From: Antedon mediterranea | Lineage: Eukaryota > Animalia > Echinodermata | Length of the DNA: 64,000 bases | Assembly (NCBI RefSeq): GCF_964355755.1 | Contig: NC_092679.1 | Location: 12,631,432 to 12,695,431 of the forward strand | Direction of reading: 5' to 3' | Shown: positions 27,480 to 40,016 of the stretch, piece by piece | How the letters are laid out: each line of letters starts with the position of its first letter | Numbering within the stretch: the first letter of the stretch is position 1 | Position numbers and translations under genes: made by a program | The notes under the pieces: generated by a model | Seen by the model: only the letters and a program-made list of their open reading frames with translations | Databases searched by the model: none | Told to the model about the DNA's origin: nothing

Positions 27480-29045
27480 ACTTGCAATGATGAAGGGCTA
27501 GTGTTGCCCGAAAGCTCTGCTAACGTTTCTGGCTGTTTTACTTTATCCTTTTGATTTAGCTTTTCACTTTTTGTTTGTATCTCCATTGAGATTCAGCCAC
27601 TGATACCCACAGCATTGTCATTTTTTCAGTTATTTGCCTTTGGATTTATATATATAAATATAAATATATATAGAGGATTAAGATTATAATATACAGCATT
27701 TAAAATTACCAACTATTAATTAATCAAATCACTTTGGATTAAGTTACTACAATCCTGAATTTGATTAAGGTGATTACTAAGCTTTCTCTTAAAATAGGTT
27801 GCAAGAGTTACAGACGAATGTATCTTTGACATTCAAAGGCAAGGAATTCCAGATCCTCACAATTCTTAGCAGGAATGCTAAATTTACTCGAATCCGTACT
27901 TGTTTATATTTGGCTTATATAAGTTTGAAGTGAAACTCTTAAACTATTTTTCCCTTTAAAATGGTAATGGTCATTTTATCGTCATTGATGTGATATATTT
28001 TCAATTGTTTTGTGTTAGTTCGGTTAAAGTTAAACTTTATTCAATTAAATATGTTGTTATTGGTGGTTTTTTTTTTTGCTGCTGGTGGTATCTACAATAT
28101 CTAAGGTAAGCTATTATACTTGGGGTAAATGGGGAAACTTTAGAGGGGTCTGCCAGTGCCAAGGCAGTGTACAGATAGTCTGTTATAGGTCATTTGGTAT
28201 TGCTTACAATGTGCTAAATCATAATTATAACATTGGTTGCTGGTGGTATCTACAAGATCTAAGCTAGGCCAGTTGGGGGAATGGAGTCTCTAGTCGAACT
28301 TTTAGAGGGGTCTGCCAGGGCCAAGGCAGTGTACAGATAGTTTGTAATAGGTCATTTGGTGATTGCTTACAATGTGCTAAATCATATAACATTGGTTGCT
28401 GGTGGTATCTACAATATCTAAGCTGGGCTAGTTGGGGAAAGAGGGGTCTCTAGTCTAACTTTAGAGGGGTCTGCCAGGGCCAAGGCAGTGTACAGATAGT
28501 CTGTAATAGGTCATTTGGTATTGCCTACATGTGCTAAATCATATAACATTGGTTGCTGGTGGTATCTACAATATCTAAGCTGGGTTAGTTGGGGGAAGGG
28601 GGGCCTCTAGTCTAACTTTAGGGTGTCTGGCACTTGCGGTGCAGCAGACAATTAGTCTGTTGTTATCCATTTAGTATTGTATGAACACAACTTGTTCGTT
28701 TGCAATTGATTTTGAGTGGTACCTCACTCATCTATGCTAACCCCATTTTAGGCCCTCCCTCGGGGGGTCTGGCGGGCCTTTTGCAGCAGAGAAAAAGTCT
28801 GTCGTTTGTGATACTGTTATAAGGATGCCAATGGGCATCCCATGGTGGTAAAATTAGGTGGTATCTCTCTCATCTAACCTGTGCCGATTTTTTAGCACGT
28901 TTCGGGGTCCCCCCGGTCTAGACGCAGCAGGGGGTACCCGGCAGACTCCCATTTTCATTCACTTCAAGTGACCCCCAACACACTCAAATAGTCAGATATT
29001 GGTACCTAGCTCATCTAACCAAATGTCTCTGGGCTGCCGGTCTAA
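27480..29045. repeat. right arm of ~1.55-kb inverted repeat
   Basis: Ends CTCTGGGCTGCCGGTCTAA; reverse complement of 23367-24909. Confidence 0.95.
27484..27520 (+). ncRNA. minimal hammerhead ribozyme copy in 3' pLTR (core C-to-A change)
   Basis: GCA-aTGATGA-A-GGGC tagtgtt GCCC-GAAA-GCTC-TGC. Confidence 0.6.
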
Positions 29046-29461
29046 TTGATAATTATTGGAATGTATGATCAATAGAAATTTTTTGCCCGCACCTGACCTT
29101 TAAACCTTCCTAAATTTGAATAGAATGTATTTAATATTCAATATTTAATGTTTTATATTTGTTTATAGGTTAAATGGGGAGAATATTTTCATTCATTGAA
29201 AGCATAGGGCTCTCTTTAATTCATCTAGTTTAATAGAATAATCAGTCTTTCGACTTTCTGAAAGATGCACTGGGTACTTTAAAGTGCACACGGGTCAGAT
29301 GTGTACACTGAACTTGTTTTCTTGGCTTTGAATTGTGGCACCCTTCCTTTAATAGATCTACCACTTGACTTGACACTTGTCTCCTGTAACAGATCTACCA
29401 CTCAACTTGACACTTGTTTTCTCATCAATACCAAAAATGTATTTTTATTTTGTTTTTTTAG

Positions 29462-30030
29462 GCATGGAAGGCGTATTCGTACCAACAGGAAGTAAGGGTT
29501 CTGGTAAAATTTCCCCAGTTGAGGACACTTCTTCAGGCATTTTTGAACGAACAGCAACAACACAATCTGTTTTTATTTGTGCTGATGATGATGAAGATTG
29601 TGTAGAAGGGTCAGGTGCCACACAGGACCCATTCATTAATAAAAATCCAACCGATTCTATTATTACAGCTACAATTGTTATCAACGGCGACAGATCAACT
29701 TCAGCAGGCGCCAAGGGAACCGGAAAAAGTCCTAGTCCTAGTCCAAGTGATCCTGATGGACAAGCTCAAACTAGTACATCTTTTATTGAGCAAACTGGAA
29801 TGATCATAGGCATCGCCGCCGGTGGTGTTGTCATTATGCTCTTAGTCATATTATTATTATATAAATATCGAAATCGTAGCGAAGGCTCTTATAAAATTAA
29901 TGAAAGTCGTAATTTTGATTTACAAACTGTAAGGGCATCTCTCCTGCCGACACGTAACGGTACTATTCCAGCAAAAGCACCAAAATCACAACTTCCGCCA
30001 GGATATGCTTCTAAAGAATGGTACGTCTAG
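29462..30030 (+). CDS. NRXN: neurexin terminal exon: second Cys loop, TM, cytoplasmic tail
   Basis: tttag|GC ATG...; CADDDEDCVEGSG, TGMIIGIAAGGVVIMLLVILLLY, KYRNRSEGSYKINES, KEWYV*. Confidence 0.95.
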
Positions 30031-30301
30031 TGAATAGTCAACAAATTTAAATGTAAAATTTTAAAATCTGTAGTAAAAATTCCACTTTTTTAAAAATATG
30101 AAATATAGTATAATATAACTGATGTTTATAATTGTATAATCAACCAGATATATTTTATTTAATGTGGCTAAGATAATTTATATGGAGTATCATTAGCAGA
30201 AATTAGGTATGAAGGTGTATATTTAAAGTTTAACCCAATGTAAATTGAAATAATACAACTGTGAAAAGCTTTGTAAACATTTTTTCTCCCATAACCAAAT
30301 T

Positions 30302-30433
30302 CAGTAGAACCCCTATTAAGGGGACACTTTCATGACCTAATTTCCTTCAGAGGGGTGTCCCTTGAATAGGGGTGTCCCTTGAATAGGGGTGTCCCTTGAA
30401 TAGGGGTGTCCCTTGAATAGAGGGATTGTACTG
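30302..30433. mobile_element. pogo/Tigger-like MITE remnant with 17-bp internal repeats, in neurexin 3' UTR region
   Basis: CAGTAGAACCC...GGGATTGTACTG ends; GGGGTGTCCCTTGAATA x4. Confidence 0.6.
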
Positions 30434-33400
30434 TAAACGGAAAAAGTGTATTAAAAATGCTTGTAAATGTTAAAGTTTATCTTTTTTTAGCTGATCTAAT
30501 ATATTTAAAAGCTTTTACCATATGTTTATCATGTTAAGATGGCATTACTTTTTTTGGGTGCTGTACAAAAAAAATATTACTAGAATCATATTTTTAGGTT
30601 CCATTTGAAAGTACAGTTACTGTATGTGTGTGAGGATATCAGTTTAAATCCTGTAAAATGTTATTAAAGAATTATTGTAATATATTATAATTGATTATAG
30701 TAGATAGATCAAACAATGTGAATGTTATTTAAGGTCTGTTCAGACCTGTGGAATTATGCTTTCGTATCAAACGCAGCGTACAGCTCCATATGTCTGAACC
30801 AGTAAAATGAGTGGAAGCTCTTTCATTTGTTACTGTAGCTCTACTGTAAGTACAAGATTAGTGTATGACTCTTACGATACAATAGTCATGCATCAATGAT
30901 TTTGACTTCCAATTCCTTCCTCTTGCATACCAGATATTTGGCCCAATCTGTTTCACTTCAGTTTGTAAGGAAAGCGTTAAGTCGGTACACTTCACAGTTA
31001 TGATGCTACTGTATAATGTGACCTTGCTTGCGATATGAAAGCATAACTCTATGTATCTGAAAATAAAATTAAATTTGTCTACAGTGTCTAAATCAAGGTG
31101 ACTCTTTGCTCACAAGCTGATGGGAAATTAACGTTCAGAAATTGAGAGAACATTCTGAAATAAAAGTGCTACTCATAAGTGATTAAATTATAGAATTTTG
31201 ATGGTGGTAGGTAAGCAACATAAACTTGTTTTCTCAACATTTTGATTCCCAACTGGAAAAACTCAGTTGATTAAAAGTAACAATGTTGAGAATATATCAC
31301 TGGTGTATGGAAGCATAGGTGATTTGGACTGCAAGGGGACGACTGTTTACTGGGCTTTATTAAATTTGTAAGCCTTTGTTCTCACAAAAAATGATCTATT
31401 GTCTTGGACAAAAATATCCTAATTTACCTCAGTGAAAGCCCTACTGTATCTTGTCCAAGTACTGGAATTGGGGTAGCTACTGCAAGTGGCTACACAATTT
31501 TCAGTTTCAATTTCTATATTTTTGCAAACAGCACAAGTATATACCGGATCATTAAAATCAATAATGCTGATATGAATAATGAAAATGAATGAATGATGTC
31601 ATAAAAGATGTAGGCCTATTCAAATGTAAATGCTAATGTCACTTTCTTGATTTATGAATGATCCACCTATTATACATAGTATTCAGTAATTTATATTTGA
31701 AGAAATAGTTTATTCTGTGTACAGATGCAAGTATACAAGACAAAAATATAGGGCGAGTTTGATGGTTAATGTGTGTACAGTTTTAAGTTAATAGTATATT
31801 TTTTTGTGTAAATTTTACATCAGTGAAACTGATTTAAACTTGTCATTCATTTCAGGTTTTAATTAAGTTTAGCAGGACTAAGTATATATTTTGTTACCAC
31901 ATTTGTTATGGTAGTTAAAATTAATTTTAGTAATATTAATAATAAATCATTTTTCTACAAAATATAATAATAATGGGATAAAACAGTGCTATTTACTGTA
32001 GTTAGGTAAATTAAATAATGGATTAATAATATTTACCCCGTGATTAAACACAGTAATTTGTTAATGTGTTCATTGCTTTATTTCATATATAAATTGTGCA
32101 CATTGAATATTTAGTAGGAAAAAAAAACAAACAAAAATATTATTTTTGCAAATATAAAAGAAATGTTGTTGAGATCATGGCGGCTAATTTGCTAGGAATT
32201 ATTATTAGTTTGTTTATATATAAAGTTGTATTATACTTGTGCATAATGGTTGTCTCTATAAATTGGTTTTTGTAATGATCACAGTTGCGATTGTGTTTTA
32301 GAATGATTGATTAGGTCATCTCATTGATCACGATTGTGTGCTGAAAAGTTCTATTCTGGAGTTGGTTTGTTAAGTACTGTTTATTTAAGATATCTTTTCA
32401 CCAAGAAGAAGTTGGTAATAAATAAAATGAAAATGTAGGCACAAAATCTTTACCAGAACCTAAGGGAAGAGCTTAGATGATCTGACGGAATTTGAAAATT
32501 ATGAAACATTTTTATCGACCCTGATGACATCGATATTTACCTAATTTTCTCATTATATAGTTCCTATATCAGGTCAGGCGTTGTCATGCCAACCTGTGGG
32601 CAAATACCGTATGTAAAATAAGCACAATGTGCTTATTAAATTGTCAATTCTACTACTTTATCTCTTGTGTATATTTATAGATATTAATATATGAAATATA
32701 GATATTTATATATTTTTTGTTGGTTTGTTGCTACAGATAATATAAATATAATTTATGTTTGTTTATCATTTCAGTGTTTTTTTCCAACCATTTAGTAGTG
32801 TCACACCTTTGTTAATGATTGTATCATAGAGAATTTCATAGTTATTATGGTGATTTAAGCTTGGTTTCAACAATGGCGCAATACAAGGATGTTCACTCAA
32901 CGCACCAATCACAATACAGTAGTTTGGATAAAATCTGTCCCTGATTGGTCGAATTACCTGAGTTTCTTGTACGTTCATGCATTGTGTCCTACAGGGAGAA
33001 TCCAGCTATGTAAGCCTATAAGTTCAATTTAGAAACTTTCACTGAGAAAATATAAAACAACAATTAAATGTATTTTTTAATTTAATTTTTATTAGTTTTT
33101 GTCATTCATACCTTTTTTTAATCCAGTATTCATTCTTTTTAATTTGCGGAATGAAGATTAATTTAAATATAAAAATGTATTAAATTACAAGACAAAGAGG
33201 AGACCACTACACACTAGCAATCTCCAAGTTTGGCAAGAAAAGTTTGCCAGTGTACAAACAACAACACCACTTTAGCAAACCACAGAATTAGTTTGCATAA
33301 GCTTAAGCTTCTTGACATGAACTAGTTTGCTGATGTTTGTGAATTTGCCAAATGAAATTAATCTTTGTGGTGTAACAAAAAAGCCTTCAGTGACGTAGAC

Positions 33401-35241
33401 TGTGATTTTAAAGATCTCACGTCAAAGTTTGCTAGGTATTAAAGTTTGAAATAATAAATGCAATTTTTTTTTATTTATAACTTTTGTCAACTACACTGAT
33501 TATAAATAATTAAAATGTTGTATTAATAGAAATGATTAGAAATATAAAAAACCATATGTGCAATTTTACAATTTTGTTTCAACCTGACCTGACCACTTTT
33601 ACACAAAGGCCTTTGACAACCCTGTGGCTTGCACAGAGATTGTTCAATTATTTTTTGAGATCACAGCACCATTTTATTTCTTGTGGCTATGACTCTACAA
33701 TGTCTAACTTTGCACAATAAAAGTATGATTACTAATAGTAAATTTTTGCTTACTTAATGATAACCAGTTAAACATTGTGTTCTTAATTCAAATCATATGT
33801 TCTTTACCCCTTGTTATTGTGATAGAAAATTATTTCTTTCGCCACATTAACAAAATAAATAGCATGTCAAGATTTTTTTTTTTAACTGCTGTTATAAATG
33901 ATAAATTCACAAACTCATGTGCTGTTGTTGAAACCTTCAAGTTCTTTTTTTAAACTTGAGAACATGAATTGTTACTTTTACAACCTATGTACTGTAAATA
34001 CTAACTTATCTTTTAATGTGTAATATGCATATTATACAACAGCTAGTATTTTGCCAAACACTAGTAGTATGTAAGAGTTTAGCCATTCAAGATCAATATA
34101 TAACTAGCCTATTTTTAATAATTATAAATGGCTTAGATAGATTTAGAAACTATTATTGAAAATATAATTATCTTTATTATTTGTGTAAAAAAATGTTACA
34201 GAAATAAACGTTTGTTCTCTTATGATGCTGCTACTGTAGTAATACGTTTAGAGTCGCTAACTGATTTAATGAATTTTTATCATTCTTCATTTGTTCTTCA
34301 ACTGCCTTTATTTACATGCTATTATTTTGGTGTGATTATGTATTAATTTATCCATGTAAAACGTGTAGAACTAATATTGTTTATTCTTGTGACCAATGTA
34401 AATGCCTTGGGTGTCGTGTATTTCCATGACATTTTCCTTTTCTAAGTTTTTGTTTGTTTTTGTTGTTGTGAACAACTTGAAGAACTAGCAATAAGAATTA
34501 AATGTGATCAGTTAAACAATTTGATTCTGCCTTTGTTTTTTTTATGTACGTGTGATTTGAGCATAAAGTTTGTTTAGCTTTATAGTGACCACACTCCCCC
34601 AATGTTAAAAATGCACACATTTTTTCCAAAGACAAATTTCTTTTCACAATCCAAATTAAATAATCACATGCCCTTCTAAAATTGTAGTTAATATACTGTA
34701 ACACCCAACTTGGAAAAATTAAATATTGGGAGCTTTTATTAAACTATAGAGGACACTATAATACTATATCAAACCATAGAGGGCAGTGTGATAACTAAAA
34801 ATATTGGAATGTGCAATACATGCCAAAGGAGAAAAATGCGTTGACAACTTATTATTTCAGTAATTAAACAATGTATGAATGGATTATAAAAATTATACGG
34901 ATCGATATATTATGTTTTCTATTCTCATATCAATATAGAGTAGTGGAAAGTATAAATTTAAACATATCGGGAGAATTTTTTTTATAAAAAAATCAGGAGA
35001 AATTGCATTTTAGCGGGAGATGATTAAAATATTGGGAGCCTCCCGCCATTATCAGGAGAATTGGGAGGTTTGTATTATGCACCTTCATGTTGAAGTGTGG
35101 CAACAAAAGTGTCAATCAATTATTATAAATTGAATTATATAAAAAAAAGTGTTTTTATAAAAAAATAATTTAAATCTTAAAAAATTAAATTTTAATTATT
35201 CATACATAATATACATAAAAAAAATGAATTTATGTATACTG

Positions 35242-35250
35242 AAAAAAAAA
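35242..35250 (-). terminator. RNA polymerase III terminator (T9) of tRNA-Tyr
   Basis: A9 on + strand immediately 3' of the tRNA on its coding strand. Confidence 0.8.
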
Positions 35251-35252
35251 TG

Positions 35253-35340
35253 TCCCTCGAGCCGGATTTGAACCAGCGACCTAAGGATGTCTTTGTATAA
35301 ACTCTACAGTCCTCCGCTCTACCAACTGAGCTATCGAGGG
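35253..35340 (-). tRNA. trnY-GTA: tRNA-Tyr(GTA) with 15-nt intron (35289-35303)
   Basis: Minus strand CCCTCGATAGCTCAGTTGGTAGAGCGGAGGACTGTAG[agtttatacaaagac]ATCCTTAGGTCGCTGGTTCAAATCCGGCTCGAGGGA; intact A/B boxes, paired acceptor stem. Confidence 0.97.
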
Positions 35341-35764
35341 GTCTTTCATTGGTGAGTGACACTTAAGGATATGAATGTTGATCTTATATTGTAATTTAAC
35401 AAACTAGTTTAATTTCTTGTACAGGTGGTTTATTCTGGCTAAACGCATATCCTTCTTTCATATTTTAATCGATATTTTATTTTTACCAAATGTCTTTAAA
35501 CAATAAACGACCGACTCCCACGGTGGGTGGTGGTGGTGGTGGTGGTACGTCCGATCCGCGCCGAAATAGTACTGTATTGTATCACTGTTGAGGGCAGCAG
35601 ACGTCCCCAGTCCTAAATATCTTATTTTGAAATTATTTCACGGTGGCGCTGCTGCGCTTCGATCCTCCTTCTTCTTCTTTGAAGCGTTTCCATTTTCCAG
35701 TAGTCTGGGCCTTCTTAATCTTGGTAACTAGGCAGAGTTAGAGACCACATTACATACCACCACG

Positions 35765-35825
35765 ATGTTGTCGTATGGAGAATTGGCACAAGCTCCTCTT
35801 TCAGATTATCAAAAAAGTCTTAGAG
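35765..35825 (+). CDS. SDCCAG8: SDCCAG8 exon 1
   Basis: MLSYGELAQAPLSDYQKSLR-E|gtatag; joins exon 2 to give YQKSLRERAHGS, similar to recalled human YQRSLREHASRS. Confidence 0.8.
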
Positions 35826-35945
35826 GTATAGCCTATTAGGATGAGCAGAACTATTGTACTTTCGCACCTTTCTTAGCTAGGCTAGCTAGCTAGGCTAGGC
35901 TATCTATCTAGGCCTAGGCTAGAGTAGGCGGCTACTAGGCCTAGT

Positions 35946-37517
35946 GAATACAGGTCAACCCGTACCCATGCCAACTCGTACCCACCAACTCGTACCCAAA
36001 TTTTGGCTTACTCGTACCCAAAATTTTGGCTCACCCGTACCCATCATTGGCTAACCCGTACCCATCATTGGCTAACCCGTACCCATCATTGGCTGGCCCG
36101 TACCCAAGTTTAATGCTATTTAAAGTATATTTATATAGGCCTATTACAGTTAAACCCAGTTTTATTACATTTTTAGGTCATATGTTCGATATTATAATGG
36201 CAAAAACTATTTACCTAAGTATAATTTATGTACAGACTCGTACGAAAAAAGCACAGCTTTCATCGTATTTTGGGTCGTAGTTAAATTAATACTTGAGGGC
36301 GCTGTTTTACATGGAAGATGTCAGTGGTCGGCTGTGCTGCATTCTATTTTTTTCATTTATGAATAGTTATTGATCTATTATTTACTACGAATAGCCTGTA
36401 CACACTTTTCATTTATTTTACAGATAATGAAGTAATGTGCTTTTTGAAAATCGTTTTAAAAATGGTTTTTGTTGTTTTGTTTGCAAGTTTTGTTTTAACA
36501 TTTCGAAAATATTTAATACATTTTTAAGTAGTCACTCGTATTTTAAAATCACGAAACTATTTAAGTGGATACCAGCCTCATTTTTGCTGCTACTATAAGG
36601 ACCATTTTAGAATAATGAATCTAAGTAGATTATTGCCGTTTTTAAAACAAATTCCCTAGGACATGATGGATGTGAGAATAATAATAAAAGGTAACCTCCA
36701 ATAATTTAACATTTAATTACAAACGACGACATTTGCTGTTATTACGTTTTCATTTTATAATGATTATTACTGTATTATTATGACTAAAAACCGAAATAAA
36801 ATACTACTAAAACTAAAAAAAAATCATCTTATCGCTGACAGATACGTATGTACACAGACACGTGTAGGTAGGCCTTCAGAATGTTTATATTATTTTAGTA
36901 AATAAGACGACATCCGTTGCCATGGAAAAACGAGTGTGGGTTATTTATTTGTAGAATATTATAGAATGCGTATTTTTTTTAAAAAGGGAATCCCTCGTCA
37001 GCAAAAACACGTAGCTGTTATTGAGGAAACATCTACCAAAAATGTTTAATTGCTGTAAACAAACAGATAATTTTACTGAATTATTTAAGAAAAAAAAAAA
37101 AATAGAAAACGATCGTACGCCAAATTGCGTTGTCTATTTTTTTTTACACACTGTAGCTGTTATAGAAGAAAATCTGCCAAAAATGTTTAATTGCCTTAAA
37201 ATACGTGTATATGATCATTTCACTGAATTATTAATAAATAAAATATATGGAAAACGATCATACGTCATTACTGAGTCGTCTCTTTGACGCCCTATAAATG
37301 CGTGTTTTTTTGTAATAAAAGGTTAATCCCGGTCAGCAAAAACACGTAACACGAAATCTACGCCCCATAGCCCTGCAGGCCTTACAGTACGTGTATATGA
37401 TCATTTCACTGAATTATTAATAAATAAAATATATGGAAAACGATCATACGCCATTACTGAGTCGTCTCTTTGTGACGCCCTATAAATGCGTGTTTGGGTA
37501 CGGGTTGACCAGCACCC
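35946..37517. mobile_element. MULE-like non-autonomous element, copy A (one end partly deleted)
   Basis: GAATACAGGTCAACCCGTACCC...GGGTACGGGTTGACCAGCACCC; subterminal CGTACCC arrays; flanking direct repeat GGCCTAGT. Confidence 0.8.
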
Positions 37518-37550
37518 GGCCTAGTAGGCCTAGGCCTACTAGCCTTAGTA

Positions 37551-39859
37551 GGGTGCTGGTCAACCCGTACCCATGCCAACTCGTACCCAACTTGGCTAAC
37601 CCGTACCCAAATAATTGGTCAACTCGTACCCACTTTGGCTAACCCGTACCCAAACCAACCCGTACCCATGCCAACTCGTACCTAAATATTTGGCTTACTC
37701 GTACCCAAGTATTTGGCTTACTCGTACCCATTTTTTGGCTTACCCGTACCCATTTTTGGCTTACTCGTACCCATTATTTGGCCTACTCGTACCCAATTTG
37801 AATAATTACTTGTAATGATTTGATCGGCGTAAAACTAGTGGTATGCTTTTGCCGTATGAATATTTTTATATTTAAATTGTTTATTGATTTGATTGTAGAC
37901 TTCGTTTAATTAGGCATATATTTGTTAACATTTATTTAAATCTAGTATTATAGTTTTATAAACGTATGTTTGATGTGTCTTTTTTATTTACGTAAGAGAA
38001 CATTAATTAATAAAAAAATATTTTAACTGTTGTATAGTTAGTATTACAATTCAATTAAGCCCAGGTAAAGTACCAACAACGTATAATTTTATACTTATCA
38101 ATTTTTATTCTTTTATTTTATTCTAATTATCTTCCCTGATTACATTCGATCAAGTAATTATTATTTCTATTGTATTTGGTATATTTAAAATTGGTTGAAT
38201 TAACAACACCCTGTTTTAAGCAAAAAGCCTGCCTGCCGGGCTATGGGGTCGAATTACTCGTAGATTTCGTGTTACGTGTTTTTGCTGACCGGGATTAACC
38301 TTTTATTATAAAAAACACGCATTTATAGGGCCGGCGTCAAAGAGACGACTTAGTAATGACGTATGATCATTTTCCATATATTTTATTTATTAATAATTCA
38401 GTGAAATGATCATATACACGTACTGTCGTACTGTAAGGCAATTAAACATTTTGGCAGATTTTCTTCTATAACAGCTACGTGTTTTTGCTGAATGGGGATT
38501 CCTCTTTATTATTAAAAAAAAAACGCATTTGTACGGGTCCATTTGTAGTGTGTCCAAAAATAGGCAACGCAATGTGGCGTATGATCGTTTTCTATTTATT
38601 TTTTTTTCTTAAATAATTCAGTAAAATTATCTGTTTTTTTACGGTAATTAAACATTTTTGGTAGATGTTTCCTCAATAACTTACAGCTACGTGTTTTTGC
38701 TGATGAGGGATTCCCTTTTTTTTTTTTTTTTAAACGCATTCTATAATGTGTCAAATAAGACAAATGAAATGAACTAGGATCGTTTTTCCATGGCAACGGA
38801 TGTCGTCTTATTTACTAAAATAATATAAACGTTCTGAAGGCCTACCTACACGTGTCTGAGTACTTACGTATCTGTCAGCGATAAGAGGATTTTTTAAAGT
38901 TTTAGTAGTATTTATTTCGGTTTTTAGTCATAATAATACAGTAATACTCATTATAAAATGAAAACGTAATAACAGCAAATGTCGTCGTTTGTAATTAAAT
39001 GTTAAATTATTGGAGGTTAGTACCTGTAGTTACCTTTTATTATTACTCTCACATCCGTCATTGTATACTAGATAAACGGCAATAATCTAATCTACTACTA
39101 AATGCTCATAGCATAGCAGCAATGAGGCTGGTATCCACTTAAATAGTTTCGTGATTTTAAAATACGAGTGACTATTTAAAAATTTATTAAATATTTTCGA
39201 AATGTTAAAACAGTTTAATATTTTCCAAAACTTGCAAAACAAAACAACAAAAACCATTCGTTTTAAAACGATTTTCAAAAAGCACATTACTTCATTATCT
39301 GTAAAATAAAATGAAAATACAAATTATGTATAAAAGATATTCATGTTTACTTTTAATAATTCAAGTTTTCATCATCACAGACTAGTGGGTATTTCAATTT
39401 CCATGTACTACTATTCGTAGAAAATAATAGATTAATAACTCATAAATGAAAAAAAAATAGAATGCAGCACAGCCGACCACTGACATCTTCCACAGAGCCA
39501 TATAAAACAGCGCCCCTCAAGTATTAACTTTACCAAATACGACGTACGCGCGCAAATACGATGAAAGCTGTGCTTTTTTCGTACGAGTCTGTTCATATTA
39601 TTATACATTTTAGGTCAATAGTTTTTGCCATTATAATATCGAACATATGATTGGTATGTAAAAATTTAATAAAACTGGGTTTAAATGTAATATAAATATA
39701 CTTTAAATAGCATTAAACTTGGGTACGGGCCAGCCAATGATGGGTACGGGTCAGCCAATGATGGGTACGGGTCAGCCAAAATTTTGGGTACGAGTAAGCC
39801 AAAATTTAGGTACGAGTTGGTGGGTACGAGTTGGCATGGGTACGGGTTGACCTGTATTC
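37551..39859. mobile_element. MULE-like non-autonomous element, copy B (inverted relative to A)
   Basis: GGGTGCTGGTCAACCCGTACCC...GGGTTGACCTGTATTC; 9-bp TSD GCCTTAGTA at 37542-37550 and 39860-39868. Confidence 0.85.
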
Positions 39860-40016
39860 GCCTTAGTAGATAGCCTAGCTAGGCCTATAGCCCTAGCTAG
39901 CTAGGTACCCAGCCCGCGTGAGTGTTATAAAACACATTAAACATTCACCTGCCCTTCTGCGCGGCAATGGTTCGAAAGTACAGTAATATGCCTGGAACGG
40001 TTAGCCTTTTTTTTTT

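Larger units (their letters stand above)
25361..27670 (+). mobile_element. decayed Penelope-like retroelement (Neptune-like; RT N-terminus, thumb, Cys-rich linker, GIY-YIG, 3' pLTR)
   Basis: GLKFCP, RRLRLREYF, IIIKPADKG, TDLFRKSTD...SSCHP, AFRRPPNLRDILV, CGKSCKTC, CGKQYVGET...QHRS...VAEHF across frameshifted ORFs. Confidence 0.92.
6125..30030 (+). other. NRXN: alpha-neurexin gene, 3' portion (9 constitutive coding exons in window; 5' part lies upstream)
   Basis: Phase-consistent GT-AG exon chain giving LNS4, LNS5, EGF, LNS6, S/T stalk, Cys loop, TM, KYRNRSEGSY juxtamembrane motif and C-terminal PDZ-binding KEWYV. Confidence 0.95.

Noticed and set aside
35722-35735. RFX X-box upstream of the ciliary gene SDCCAG8
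   Set aside because: Only a half-site (GGTAAC) matches; too weak to call
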